Source of the DNA: Leucoraja ocellata
Taxonomy: Eukaryota
Assembly: GCA_036785375.1 (NCBI GenBank)
Contig: JAWMAR010000402.1
Location: 744,001 to 808,000 of the forward strand
Direction of reading: 5' to 3'
Length of the DNA: 64,000 nt
The first letter of the stretch is position 1. Each line of letters starts with the position of its first letter. Both the position numbers and the translations under genes were made by a program. Below are positions 1-12,093 of the stretch, in pieces. The notes beneath the pieces are model-generated. The model searched no databases. It had not been told where the DNA came from and saw only the letters and a program-made list of their open reading frames with translations.

Positions 1-9
1 CTCACTTAC

Positions 10-34
10 TTCGCTGATGAGAACAGGTCTTTAT
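10..34 (-). CDS. COL21A1: COL21A1 25-nt micro-exon (IKTCSHQR, phase 0 to 1)
   Basis: Minus strand reads ttgtttatAG|ATA AAG ACC TGT TCT CAT CAG CGA A|GTAAGTGAG. It is in phase with the preceding exon and puts Cys at the position of recalled human 'NGEC'. Confidence 0.72.
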
Positions 35-341
35 CTATAAACAATATATCTTGAATGATTTAATGGGGATGAAATGTTTTTAAATATCTAATTGAATAAT
101 AAATTGATTAATCAGTATGGGGAAAATGGGTAAGAGGCTAATCAGATTCACATCACTAGGATTTTGTTTCCTGTAAGATTTTCAAAAATGAAGATCTATT
201 GAATAGTTAACATTTTTTTGTTATTGCAAGCTAAAAATACTAAATACTCTACATTACACAGGCTAATGGAGTTTTGTTGCACAATTGTTAATAGAAGTGA
301 TTTCTTACCATTTTCAATGGCCTTTAATGTACTTAATGTAG

Positions 342-1270
342 TTATAGAAACTTGCAAAATTCTTAAGGGGTTGGACAAGCTAGATGCAGGAAGATTGTTC
401 CCGATGTTGGGGAAGTCCAGGACAAGGGGTCACAGTTTAAGGATAAAGGGGAAATCCTTTAGGACTGAGATGAGAAAACCATTTTTCACACAGAGAGTGG
501 TGAAACTCTGGAACTCTCTGCCACAGGTTCAGATTCAGATTCAGATTCAGATTCAACTTTAATTGTCATTGTCAGTGTACAGTACAGAGACAACGAAATG
601 CATTTAGCATCTCCCTGGAAGAGCGACATAGCATATGATTTGAATAAATATTTACATTAGCATATATACAGACATAGTGTTTTTCCTGTGGGAGGAGTGT
701 CCGGGGGGGGGGTGATTGGCAGTCACCGAGGTACGTTGTTGAGTAGAGTGACAGCCGCCGGGAAGAAGCTGTTCCTGGACCTGCTGGACCGGCAACGGAG
801 AGACCTGTAGCGCCTCCCGGATGGTAGGAGGGTAAACAGTCCATGGTTGGGGTGAGAGCAGTCCTTGGCGATGCTGAGCGCCCTCCGCAGACAACGCTTG
901 CTTTGGACAGACTCAATGGAGGGGAGCGAGGAACCGGTAATGCGTTGGGCAATTTTCACCACCCTCTGCAATGCCTTCCGGTCGGAGACAGAGCAGTTGC
1001 CATACCATACTGTGATACAGTTGGTAAGGATGCTCTCGATGGTGCAGCGGTAGAAGTTCACCAGGATCTGAAGGTAGTTGAGGCCAGTTCATTGGCTATA
1101 TTTCAGAGGGAGTTAGATGTGGCCCTTGTGGCTAAAGGGATCAGGGGGTATGGAGAGAAGGCAGGTACAGGATACTGAGTTGGATGATCAGCTATGAACA
1201 TATTGAATGGCGGTGTAGGCTCGAAGGGCCAAATGGCCTACTCCTGCACCTATTTTCTATGTTTCTATGT
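342..1270 (+). mobile_element. CR1-type LINE 3' fragment, split by a Rex/Babar insertion
   Basis: ORF2 C-terminus KILKGLDKLDAGRLFP...FFTQRVVKLWNSLPQ resumes at ~1072 as VVEASSLAIFQRELD...GY*, ending in a (tttctatg)n tail. Confidence 0.85.
527..1070 (-). mobile_element. Rex1/Babar-type LINE 3' fragment
   Basis: Encodes FYRCTIESILTNCITVWYGNC...LLPSGRRYRS...SFFP and ends in a (tctgaa)n tail at 527-555. Confidence 0.8.
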
Positions 1271-1680
1271 TAAGAGACAATGGTGTGGGAGGTGACATAA
1301 ATTGTTTTTTTTCCCCAAAGATTTATTTCTCTAAGGAAGTATTTTTTCTGCTTGGCAATTTCCAAACAAAATGTCAAGTGATTCACCAATTCACGATCAA
1401 AATCGTGTTATAACTAATTCGACCTGTGTAATGCTAATAATGTCTCATTAATCCGTGACATCCTATTGATTTATGGAAACACAGGTTACAGCAGAGTTAC
1501 ATTGTCAGATGGTGTTGCACGAGGTGAGTCAGAGAAGTTACATTTTAATGACATATTTATAGAATATTTATTATGCAATCATATTATCAATCACATGTGG
1601 CAGCAGAAGTGTGATAGGACAATAGTAAGATTTGCAGTAAGTTATGTTACACACAAATTAAAGTACATAGAGGTACTTAC

Positions 1681-1758
1681 AACAGTTGGAATTTCACAAG
1701 CAGTTTCTCGCTGATTTTGTTCTGGGTCACAGTAAATCCTTAATTTTTGGACGTCAAA
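1681..1758 (-). CDS. COL21A1: COL21A1 exon (end of TSPN domain)
   Basis: ttgcAG|FDVQKLRIYCDPEQNQRETACEIPTV|GTAAGT; 78 nt, phase 0-0; nearly identical to recalled human FDVQKLRIYCDPEQNNRETACEIP. Confidence 0.93.
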
Positions 1759-1863
1759 CTGCAATCAACGTGTTAAACAAAAATAGCAATTATAATGTTT
1801 TCCTTAATAAATTAAGGACATTTTTCTTCAGTACTTTAGTGATTGAGAAAAAGTTCAACTTAC

Positions 1864-2037
1864 TGGTACAGTTGCTTCTTTGTCAAAGTACTTTCCAATC
1901 TGAGTTTTTCCACTGATGAAGATACCAAGAATAGGTTCTAGTTGCCTTGTCTCAATTAATTTATCGTCTAAATACAATGTAGCATCTCTCTCTGTTACTA
2001 GGACTCGCAAAAGGTGCCATTCTTCATCAAACAGAGC
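1864..2037 (-). CDS. COL21A1: COL21A1 exon (TSPN)
   Basis: ctccAG|ALFDEEWHLLRVLVTE...GKTQIGKYFDKEATVP|GTAAGT; 174 nt, phase 0-0. Confidence 0.93.
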
Positions 2038-4284
2038 CTGGAGCAAAATAAATAGAAATAAATTGGGAGCATTAATGTATATTTAGTTTGGAAATTTTTA
2101 CTCTCTTCATACCATAACATCAGAAAGCAGTCTACTTTGATCATTAAATTCAATTAGCAGGAATATCACCCGCATATTCATTCTTTCAAGTGATAAATTA
2201 ATCTGTTAAAAGTAATTCATTAGATAGTCAATTACATAAAAATTAAAAATAAAGGAATTCCCTGAATTGCGGGTGACGTGACAGTTCATGTAGTAACAAT
2301 AAATGTATTAGATAGAGTACTGGCCAAGTTAGTGCAAAATATGGAACAGGTTTTCTTTTGGCTAGTTAGCAAAATTAATTTCTGATAGAACTGCTGTTAC
2401 ATCATTACTTTGGCGATATGTAACAATTCATAAAAATTCTAACACAGCATTTTTAAAGTTGTTACTGGTTCTTATCTTGTTCTTGGAGGACATGTCTGCA
2501 TTATAACATTGCAGCCTACCACGCTTCGTGCATCACTGAATCACTGAGCCACATGCATCTTTAAACATGAATCTCAAAAATATGTAGAGTATGCACTGGT
2601 GACAATTATCCTCAGGCAACTTTGAGATGAGGCTGCCGGCAAAATTTGGATGTAGACAAAAATGCTGGAGAAACTCAGCGGTTGAGGCAGCATCTATTTC
2701 CTCTCACTGCAAAATTTGGATCTTCTTTCCACCCAAAAGACTGTTTGAGTCACCCACAGGAACCCAGTTCTGAACTGCAGGAAGGAATATTAATGAAGGA
2801 AACATCCAATCTTCCACATTTAAATGGATCTTTCACTACTTGCAGAGATGAGGAGAAAGTAAGCTGGAAGAGACCTGCTGCTTTCTGTTGCTGAAAGGAG
2901 GAGCTGTAAAGATTGCAGAAATGTGTGCTCTGAGACAAAGACTTTCAAGACTTCAATTTTTTTTTCCAACCACTATGGGAATCTTCCAAGCCTTCCATTG
3001 GTACCAGATTCAGGAGGATAGGCAAGTCTACATTGCTAGAGGAGTCAGGAGGAGTACAATGAGAAGGCCTCTGGGTAGATCCTAAAAAAAAGGTATATCC
3101 TACAAGAGTTTCCCCGGAATAATTCTCATTTTACCACATGTACTTAGAAACAATGATTTTCAAAATAACTGGTCACTGACAAGCAAAGTTTAAGCCATAA
3201 AGCCCTGTCTGAATAATTCTACCTATGGAGGTGAAGATTATCTTAACACTGACAATTTCTAGGTCATTGCAAAAGTGACTATTCATACATGCAATGTGTG
3301 TTGCCTTCTGCTAAATGTACAATATGATTGAGCCTCTCTATTCAAGCAGAAGAGATTTCACCTTCATCATGACCAGGGTTCAGCTAGCATCATGGCATAA
3401 GGATTTACCAGAAACTAGGTTTCAAATGCTGATGGAGTGACATAATACAAAAGGCATTTTTTTGCACCAGATTTGGCTATCAACCTGCTTTGAAACAAAA
3501 AATAAATGATTGACCCTCTCAAAATAATTTAATAGTTAAATATAAGAATCCACAAAACTTAAATGAGTTTTTCCCATTATGATGTCAAAGTGTTAAACTC
3601 ACAGATGGCTCTTAGGAATGTGGAGTATCCCCTGACCTCTAAGTTTTCATTCCTGTGCAGGATACTGCAGACGCAAGATCCAGACCAAAGCATAAACGTC
3701 CTAGCTTTAGAGGGCACTTTTCTATTTTATCTATCAGTTGAACACTTAAATCCACAGTTAAAACACCAGCGAATGTGTTTTCAACAGTATGAGATTCCAC
3801 CACAATGTTCATGCTTGTACATGTGAAGCTTCTTTCCATGAGAGGTGAAATATTACCTGCAAATTGCTGTACCATCAAAATGAACAAAAGACGCAGATGC
3901 TGGAAAATTAATTTTAAACAGTTAATGCTCAAACGCTCAGTAGGTTCTCAGTACCATATAAAGGGAATTTGATAGGGTCTTGAAAGGGAATGATTTGTTG
4001 TTCATCCCTAATTTCCTCTGAAATGAAGAAGCAGTTAAGTGCCAAACTCATTAGTGGGTCAGGAGTCACATAGATATAAGTAATGAAGACAAATTTCCGT
4101 CCCTGAAGGATATTTGTGAGCCAGATTGTTTTTTATGATATTGAATATATTCATAGTTGCCATTAGCGTGACTAACATTTTTCAATTTCCAAACTTAATT
4201 ATTTGAATATATATTCTCCAGGTGCCATCATGTGATTTAGTTAGTTAGCATCCGCCTTTCTGCAAAAGATGATGGTGCGGCTTT

Positions 4285-4566
4285 GATGTTGTCCTGTTTG
4301 GAGAGGGGAAGGTACAGGAACCTGAAATCGGTTACATCCAGGTCCAGGAACAGCTTCTTCCCCACAGCCATCAGGCTATTAAACTTGCCAACAAACAGAC
4401 TCTGAACTGTAACAGCCTATTGCACTTTAGCTGCTTATTTATGTGCATATTGAACTGAACTGTTCTGTATTTTTGCTTGCAATGTTCTGTTGCGCTGCAG
4501 CAAGCAAGAATTTCATTGCCCTATCTGGGACACATGACAATAAACTCTCTTGACTTGACTTGACTT
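4285..4566 (+). mobile_element. Rex/Babar LINE 3' end fragment
   Basis: aggtacaggaacctg...aacagcttcttccccacagccatcaggct motif, AATAAA and a (cttga)n tail. Confidence 0.65.
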
Positions 4567-4569
4567 GAA

Positions 4570-4997
4570 TCGTTCATCTATGGTTACATTTCCCACTTGG
4601 TTGACTGGGCATATCCTTGAGAGTCAGACTCTCCCACAACTTCCACAGGTGAAGTTGTCTCTGGTCGTTGGATTGGGGACTGTGTTGCCGCTGCCAATGA
4701 TCAGTTTGTGGCGTTGGCAACTGGCCTCCAGGTTCTTGAACCATATGCTGTTGTGGTGCTTCATATTTACCCGGAGGTCCTTTCTCCACCCCACCCCCCC
4801 CCCCCCCCTCCCCCCCGATCTTCTGCAACCGCTTCCCAGTTGTCAGTATCAATGTTAATGTTTGTCATATCTCCTTTAATCATATCCTTGTAGCGAAACT
4901 TTGGTCTTCCTCTTGGCCTCCATGCATTGGTGACCTCCCCGTATAGCACATTTTTGGGGATGCGTCAATTTTCCATCCTGTGTACATGTGCAAACCA
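4570..4997 (-). mobile_element. RTE-clade LINE 3' fragment
   Basis: W.AHVHRMEN..R.PK.MLYGE...RPRGRPKFRYKD...WEAVAEDR motif typical of the RTE ORF C-terminus. Confidence 0.65.
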
Positions 4998-4998
4998 G

Positions 4999-5640
4999 GG
5001 GATAGACAAAAAAAGCTGGAGTAACTCAGCGGGACAAGCACCATCTCTGGATAGAAGGAATGGGCGACATTCCGGGGTGAGACCCTTCTTCAAACTGGTT
5101 AGGGATAAGCGAAACGAGAGATATAGACGATGTCGAGAGATAAAGAACAATGAATGAAAGATATGCAAAAAAGTAACAATGATAAAGGAAACATACCATT
5201 GTTAGCTGTTTGTTGGGTGTAAATGAGACGCTAGTGCAACTTGGGTGCGGGGAGGGTTGGAGAGAGATGAAATGCCGGGGCTACCTGAAGTTAGAGAAAT
5301 CAATATTCATACCACTGGGCTGTAAGCTGCCTAAAAGAAATATGAGATGCCGTTTCTCCAATTTAGCCTCAATCTGACAATGGAGGAGACCTAGGACAGA
5401 AAGGCCTGTGTGGGAATGGGAAGGAGAATTAAAGTGTCCAGCAACCGGGAGATCGGGTTGGTTCAGGCGGACTGAGCGAAGGTGTTCAGTGAAACGATCG
5501 CCCAGTCTACGTTTGGTCTCACCGATGTACAGTATAAATTCCACATCTTGAACAATGAATACAGTAAATGAGATTGGAGTAGGGGCAAGTATACCACAGA
5601 ATAGAGGAAGGAAGTAACGTGACAGGTGTTGCATCCTAGT
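4999..5640 (-). mobile_element. Penelope-like element 3' part (GIY-YIG endonuclease and terminal repeat)
   Basis: LYIGETKRRLGDRFTEHL...VAGHFN...GMNIDFSNFR* followed by a terminal repeat with a degenerate hammerhead-like motif at ~5065-5097. Confidence 0.85.
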
Positions 5641-7177
5641 TAAGAGGAAAGTTGGACCCTTGAAGACTGAACCAGTTGAATTTATTATGGGGAACAAGGA
5701 AATGCCGGACGAGTTGAACAGATACTTTGGATCTGTCTTCACTGCGGAGGACACAAACAATCTTCCTGATGTACTAACCAGAGGATCTGGGGTGACAGAC
5801 GAACTGAAGGAAATCCACATTAGGCAGGAAATGGTGTTGGGTAGACTGATAGGACTGAAGGCTGCTAAATCCCCAGGGCCTGATGGTTTGCATCCCAGGG
5901 TACTTAAGGAAGTAGCTCTAGAAATTGTGGATGAATTGGTTATCATTTTCCAATGTTCTGTAGATTCAGGATCAGTTCCTATGGATAGGAGGGTAGCTAA
6001 TGTTATCTCACTTTTTAATAAAGGCAGGAGAGAGAAAACAGGGAATTAAAGACCAGTTAGCCTGACATCAGGGGTGGGGTAGATGCTGAAGTCAATTATA
6101 AAATATGAAATAGCAGCATATTTGGATAGCGGTAGCAGGATCGGTCCGAGCAGGCATGGATTTACGAAGGGGAAATCATGCTTGACTAATTATCTGTAAT
6201 TCTTTGAGAATGTAACTAGGAAAATGGACAAGGGATGTAGTCCCACATAGGAGATTAGTGGGCAAAACATAGTATTGGGGCTAGGGTACTGACATGGATA
6301 GAAAATTGGTTGGCAGACAGGAAACAAAGAGTAGGGATTAACGGGTCCCTTTTAGAATGACAGGCAGTGACTAGTGGGGTACCGCAAGGCTCGGTGCTGG
6401 GACCGTAGCTATTTACATTATACATTAATGACTTAGATGAAGGGATCAAAAGTAACATTAGCAAATTAGCAGATGACACAAAGCTGGGTGGCAGTGTGAA
6501 CTGTGAGGAGGATATTATGAGGATGCAGGGTGACTTGGACAGGTTGGGTGAGTGTAGATGCATGGCAGGTGCAGTTTAATGTGGATAAATATGAGATTAT
6601 CCACTTTGGTGGCAAAAACAGGAAGGCAGATTATTATCTGAATGGTGTCAAATTGGGAAAAGGTGAAGTACAACGGGATCTGGGGGTCCTTCATCAGTCA
6701 CTGAAAGTAAGCATGCTGTTACAGCAGGCAGTGAAGAAAGTGAATGGCACGTTGGCCTTCATAACAAGAGGAGTTGAGTATGGGAGCAAAGAGGTAATTC
6801 TGCAGTTATACAGGGCCCTTGTGAGACCACACCTGGAGTATCTTGTGCAGATTTGGTCTCCAAATTTGAGGAAGAACATTCTTGCTATTGAGGGAGTGCA
6901 GTGTAGGTTCACGAGGATAATTCCCAGGATGGCAGGACTGTCATATGTTGATAGAATGGTGCAGCTGGGCTTGTACACTCTGGAGTTTAGGAGGATGAGG
7001 GGAATCTTATTGAAACATATAAGATTATTAAGGGCTTGGACAAGCTCAGTGCAGGAAACATGTTCCCAATGTTGGGAGAGTCCAGACCAGGGGCTACAGT
7101 TTAAGAATAAGAATAAGCCACTTAGAACGGAGATGAGGAAAAACCTTTTCACACAGAGGGTTGTGAATCTGTGGAAC
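5640..7177 (+). mobile_element. CR1 LINE ORF2 fragment (degenerate RT)
   Basis: KSPGPDGLHPRVLKE, GVPQGSVLGP, LADDTKLGG and RPHLEY motifs, with stops and frameshifts. Confidence 0.9.
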
Positions 7178-7640
7178 ACCCGTTCCCTAAAGAATGGAAC
7201 ACCTCATCTTGGGTGCAGATTCGACGAAGACAGAGGAATTGGGAGTAGGGGATAGAGTCTTTGCAGAAAACAGGGTGGGAAGAAGTGTAGTCGAGATAGT
7301 TGTGGTAGTCAGTGGGTTTGTAATAGACGTCAGTTAATAGTCTATTTCCTGTGATATCAAGAAAGGGGAGGGAGGTGTCAGAGATGGTCCAAGTAAATTT
7401 GAGTGCAGGATGGAGATTGGTGGTGAAGTTGATGAAGTCCATGAGTTCTGCATGGGTGCAGGAGGTAGCACCGATGCAGTCGTCAATGTAATGGAGATAG
7501 AGTTCGGGGACAGGGCCAGTGTACGCCTGGAACAGGGATTGTTCAACGTACCCTACAAAGAGGCAGTCGCAGCTGGGGCCCGTGCGGGTGCCTATAGCTA
7601 CGCCTTGGTCTTGGAAGAAGTGGAAGGAGTCGACAGGGAG
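7177..7640 (-). mobile_element. Penelope-like element RT fragment
   Basis: GVAIGTRTGPS...YIDDCIG...LKFT...LPFLD...VYYKPTD PLE RT motifs; continues the element at 4999-5640. Confidence 0.85.
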
Positions 7641-7980
7641 TTGCTTCTGCTTGAGGATCGCAGGGATGCCAGGCATGTTGGTCAGGGAGAGGGTCGATTC
7701 ATCTTGTATTTTGTCCTGCCAAGAAACTCCCACGATGCAACGAAGACAGCTGAAATAAATATTATTTGGTTACCGTTCTTGATGTAGGTAAGTCATCCAA
7801 GCTTCACCTCTGCACAGCAATGTGCTCAAGATGAATATTTTGTGGACAGTTATCTTGGTCTTGATCGTGAATTTCTTATTCTGCCATGCCCACTTGGTTA
7901 ACCTCCCAAAAGTGATCACTGCCTTTCCTGTACTTGAATTGATTTCCTCATCCAGAGAGAGGTTATCAATCACTGTAGAT
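7640..7980 (-). mobile_element. RTE-clade LINE fragment (5' continuation of 4570-4997)
   Basis: LDEEINS..GKA..TFGRL...TKITV....LSTLL.RGEAW...VSWQDKI motifs. Confidence 0.65.
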
Positions 7981-8134
7981 CCTGTGAATCTGTTGACAGT
8001 TTACAGCGGAGCTGTATTTAGGATTTTTTTTTTGATTGAGCTCACATTAATAGTTCATTGTCTCAGAACTCTGGCTGCTTGTCATGACGTTAACCACTGG
8101 ACATTGTAACTAGTTGTAACTAGTTGTTCATGTT

Positions 8135-8470
8135 AGGGCAGCACAGTGGCCAACCGAACATCAACAACTCTACTGCCCTGGTAGAACTGCTGCCTCACTG
8201 TGCCAGAGACGTGTTCAATGCTGACTTCAGATGTGTGGAGGCTTCACGTTCTCTCTGTGACCACTTTGGTTTCCCCCGAATGTTCCGGTTTTCTACAACA
8301 TGCTAAAGAACACGTGGGTTTGCAGAATAATAGGCAACTGTAAAATAAAGTTGCCCCAAATGTGTAGAGAGTGATTGAGAAAGTCTGATAACACAGAACT
8401 AGTGTGAACAGGTGATGAACGGTCAGCATGGACACGGCGGGCCAAAGGTTCGGCTTCTGGGCTGCATCTC
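8135..8470 (+). mobile_element. tRNA-derived V-SINE (HE1-like), diverged
   Basis: gggcagcacagtggc...ggtagaactgctgcctcac tRNA-like head, V-domain-like gtgtggagg...gttctctctgtgacc...ggtttcc, and a CR1-like tail. Confidence 0.55.
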
Positions 8471-8628
8471 TAAATATCTCTAAATATCCACATGCAAATG
8501 GCTTTGGTTTATTTTCTGGAATTGATCATCTACAAGATAATAAAATTCTGAAAAAGAGATGTCAATAAAATAAATGGTAGTTTCATTTATACATACAAGT
8601 GGCCCACAACAAATAAAATATTTTTTAC

Positions 8629-8854
8629 CTTTATACGTGCTGAAGTGAAGGTCACAGACTGCGTATCATTCACTACTTGAGTTGTATGAAAAATGACTGT
8701 GTTGTCTTCGCCATTCAGTGTAACAGCAGTTTGAATTGTACCATCTAAAGATAAGATTCTCCACAAATCCCATTTTTCTTTTGTTGTGGGTCTCTTGAAT
8801 CGTAATGTGGATACAAAGACATAGGAAGGTGGAAGGCCATCAGGAAAGATATCA
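8629..8854 (-). CDS. COL21A1: COL21A1 exon (TSPN)
   Basis: ttacAG|(S)DIFPDGLPPSYVFVSTLRFK...WDLWRILSLDG...AVTLNGED...TFTSARIK|GTAAAA; 226 nt, phase 2-0. Confidence 0.94.
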
Positions 8855-8971
8855 CTGTAATCAAAATCCTTGTTTTGTAAATAAGAGAAAACTCCATAAA
8901 AATCTTAGCATTGTTGTTTGTAAAAATACAAGGAAATTATTTTGTTATAAGTAGATTCTGAAAATTAATAC

Positions 8972-9137
8972 CTTGTTTTTTCTGTTAAATCATCCTCTGC
9001 GGTAACCCTGTAACCTCTTTTGCCATGATAAGAGCCTTCAATTCTAAGGGCTTTTTTCCTAATGTCTAATCCAACAAGGATATCAAATCCCTTTTCATCC
9101 CGAGATGCCACAGGTATTCTTGTGGGGCAGACAGTTT
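8972..9137 (-). CDS. COL21A1: COL21A1 exon (vWA-TSPN linker and TSPN start)
   Basis: tttcAG|(E)TVCPTRIPVASRDEKGFDILVGLD...DLTEKT|GTATTA; 166 nt, phase 1-2; matches recalled human SVCPTRIPVAARDERGFDILLGLD. Confidence 0.95.
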
Positions 9138-9399
9138 CTGAAAAGAACAGTAATTTTTTTTCTCTTAAAGAAACAAATATACTATAAATAGACATATTGG
9201 ATAATATCTAGAGTGTGGCAGGACAATGTTACATCAAAATACACTTTTCGATTATAATTGTTAGGTTAAATAGTTAAAGAGATGTTTAATATTTGACCAA
9301 TTTTCAATATGAAATCTCAAGAAAGTTAACTGTACACCAAGCAAGAGCTCAAGACTAGTTAATTTTAACGCTGTGTCACTTGGTTCTGGAAATGAGCCA

Positions 9400-9670
9400 A
9401 TAGACAATAGACAATAAGTGCAGGAGTAGGCCATTTGGCCATTCGAGCCAGCACCACCATTCAATGTGATCATGGCTGATCATCCACAATCAGTACTCCG
9501 TTCCTGCCTTCTCCCCATATACCCTGACTCCGCTATCTTTAAGAGCTCTAACTAACTCTCTCTTAAAAGCATCCAGAGAACTGGCCTCCACCGCCTTCTG
9601 AGGCAGAGAATTCCACAGACTCACAACTCTCTGGGTGAAAAAGTTTTTCCTCAACTCCATTCTAAATGGC
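9400..9670 (-). mobile_element. CR1 LINE 3' end
   Basis: FFTQRVVSLWNSLPQKAVEA...GEKAGTEY* plus the conserved 3' UTR and an (atagaca)n tail. Confidence 0.85.
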
Positions 9671-9673
9671 TTA

Positions 9674-9975
9674 AACCCCTGTCTCACCGTGCGAGTCCAC
9701 CCACGAGTGACCCCGAGTTAAAAACAAATCAAACTCTTGGTAATCACGTAGAATTAACGAGGCGGGAACGTCGGAACTCGCGGACGTAACTTAGCGACTC
9801 GTAACGCTAACAACGTACTCGGGAAACTTTTTAACTCGTAAAAATTTTTCAACATGTTGAAAGATTTCCACGAGTCAAATTTACTCTTGAAGGAAAAATT
9901 TGAAACTTTCAAACTCGTTGTAATACCGTAGTTGCCTGTGAGTTTACCGTAGTGACTCGCGAGTAACTCGTAGAT
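9674..9975. mobile_element. Truncated Harbinger-like MITE
   Basis: Begins TAA|acccctgtctca, the same TIR family as 11325 and 12094. Interior is rich in actcg repeats; no second TIR found. Confidence 0.5.
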
Positions 9976-10621
9976 TTGGCCTGAGTGCCAGAAGTGAAAT
10001 GTTTAAGATTAGTCAGATGTTAATGGAAAATTTACAGTGATTAACAATTCATTGTTAAGGAGCAAAAAGCACTCACCGGGAATCTGAGAAACAGTGGCAA
10101 AAAGAATGAACCATGCAGTGTGGGGAAAGCCGCATTGTGAGAGTTAATTAGTTCCCTTCAGAACTTTAACTTTTCACATTGAAACGGTGCCATGAATCCT
10201 TGTTAGGTTAATGCACATTTTATAGAGAAGCAGATATATGGGACAGGTGTCCCGTCTCAGGATTTATATCCGACAAATTAACATCAGTTATTGAAGGCTG
10301 ATGCGTTTATACAGGGGATTTTCTCAGGCATCACTTTCCACCCAGTCTGTCCATGTTAGAGATTATAAATGGGAAGGAACTGCAGATGCAGGTTTAATCC
10401 GAAGAAGGGTCATGACCTGAAACGTCACCTATTCCTTCTCTCCAGAGATGCCGTCTCTCCCGCTGGGTTACTCTAGCTTCTTGATAAATGAATCGTTGGA
10501 AGCTCCTTCGTGGCGTGTTGCTATTCAGAGTTTTAAGTGTATTTGTACTAACCCGTGCAATATGCTTGCCAAAGATAGGAGGCGTTCAGTGGGGAAGTTC
10601 ACAAAATAAATTCACAAGTTC

Positions 10622-10812
10622 AAGAAGGAACTGCAGATGCTGGAAAATCGAAGGTAGACAAAAGTGCTGGGGAAACTCAGCGGGTGCGGCAGCATCTATG
10701 GAGCGAAGGAAATAGGCAACGCTTCGGGTTGAAACCCTTCTTCAGTCTGAAGAAGGGTTTCGGCCCAAAACGTTGCCTATTTTCTTCGCTCCGTAGATGC
10801 TGCCGCACTCGC
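10622..10812. repeat. Palindromic Penelope terminal-repeat element
   Basis: Inverted repeat centred on ttcag-t-ctgaa at 10746, with arms of ~65 bp. Confidence 0.8.
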
Positions 10813-10984
10813 AAATATGTTCACAAGCTGCATTGGTAATTAAGACCACAATTATTTTTGTGTGTTATGTAAAATAAATTAATTTCAGGTTCTTTACATC
10901 ACAAGTATTCTCCTAAAAAGTTGGAAGAGAATGGGCTAATTGGGGATAGTCAACATGGCGTTGGCAGCAGCAAGTCATATCTTT

Positions 10985-11200
10985 TAGAAACATAGAAACA
11001 TAGAAATTAGGTGCAGGAGTAGGCCATTCGGCCCTTCGAGCCTGCACCGCCATTCAATATGATCATGGCTGATCATCCAACTCAGTATCCCGTACCTGCC
11101 ACAAGGGCCACATCTAACTCCCTCTTAAATATAGCCAATGAACTGGCCTCAACTACCCTCTGTGGCAGAGAGTTCCAGAGATTCACCACTCTCTGTGTTT
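10985..11200 (-). mobile_element. CR1 LINE 3' end
   Basis: (catagaaa)n tail and the conserved CR1 3' UTR, as at 44000. Confidence 0.8.
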
Positions 11201-11324
11201 TAAACTTGACTGAGTTGTTTGAGGAGGTGGCGAAGGTGATCGATGAGGACAGTGATGTTGTCTGTGTGGATTTTGTAGAAACATTTTATAAAATCTCTCA
11301 TGGTAGGCTGATCCAGAAGATTAA

Positions 11325-12012
11325 AGGGCCTGTCCCATTTACGTGTGTGTGTGTTCTAGGCGCGCAAATTATGCGATCTCGACATTGCGTTGAGGCGCTC
11401 GGGCATGGTGTGGCCGCGTGGTGCTGGTCCCACTGAGAAGCGCGGAGGGGTATGGAGTTGTGCGCGTTATCGCGCGGCGCTCCGAATTTTTGTAGCGAAT
11501 AAAATCTTCATGCACCACTGGCCTGTCGCGTAACTGACGGCCAAAGTGGGACAGGCCCAAGACCCTGGCGCGGCGCAGTGTCTCACCTCCAACAGAAGCA
11601 GAAGCCGGCAAAAGATCGCCAAGCTCGGCCTGGGGCTCACGGCCGTTGCGGTCCGGATCCGCCTCCACTTCTACTCCCAGAGCGGGGCCAAGAAAATTAA
11701 AGATAGACTCAAAATGCTGGAGTAACTCTGCGGGAACAGCTGCATCTCTGGAGAGAAGGAATGGATGACGTTTCGGATCAAGACCCTTCTTTCAGACTGA
11801 AGAAGGGTCTCGACTCGAAACATCACCCATTGCTTCTCTCCAGAGATGCTGCCGACCCCGCTGAGTTACTCCTGCATTTTGTGTACATCTTCAAATGACA
11901 TCACGTGCTCCAGATGGCTGTGCAGATGCATGAAGTCGCGCGCGACCTTCGCGGGACTGTCGCGCCTCAACGCGACCACGGCACGTAAGGACACGTACGT
12001 GAGACAGGGGCT
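11325..12012. mobile_element. Composite PIF/Harbinger-type MITE inside an old CR1
   Basis: TAA|agggcctgtccca ... tgagacaggggct|TAA. An extra internal right TIR (gtgggacaggccc) lies at ~11546-11558, and a PLE palindrome sits inside at 11700-11892. Confidence 0.7.
11700..11892. repeat. ~190-bp palindromic Penelope terminal-repeat element
   Basis: Arms mirror about ttcag-a-ctgaa at 11796; each arm has a CTGAAGA/stem/GAAAC motif. Confidence 0.8.
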
Positions 12013-12093
12013 TAAGATGCACATAATTCATGGTGACTTGATAGTTTGGATTCAGAATTGGTTTACTCATAGAAGAAGAGGGATGTAGTGTAA

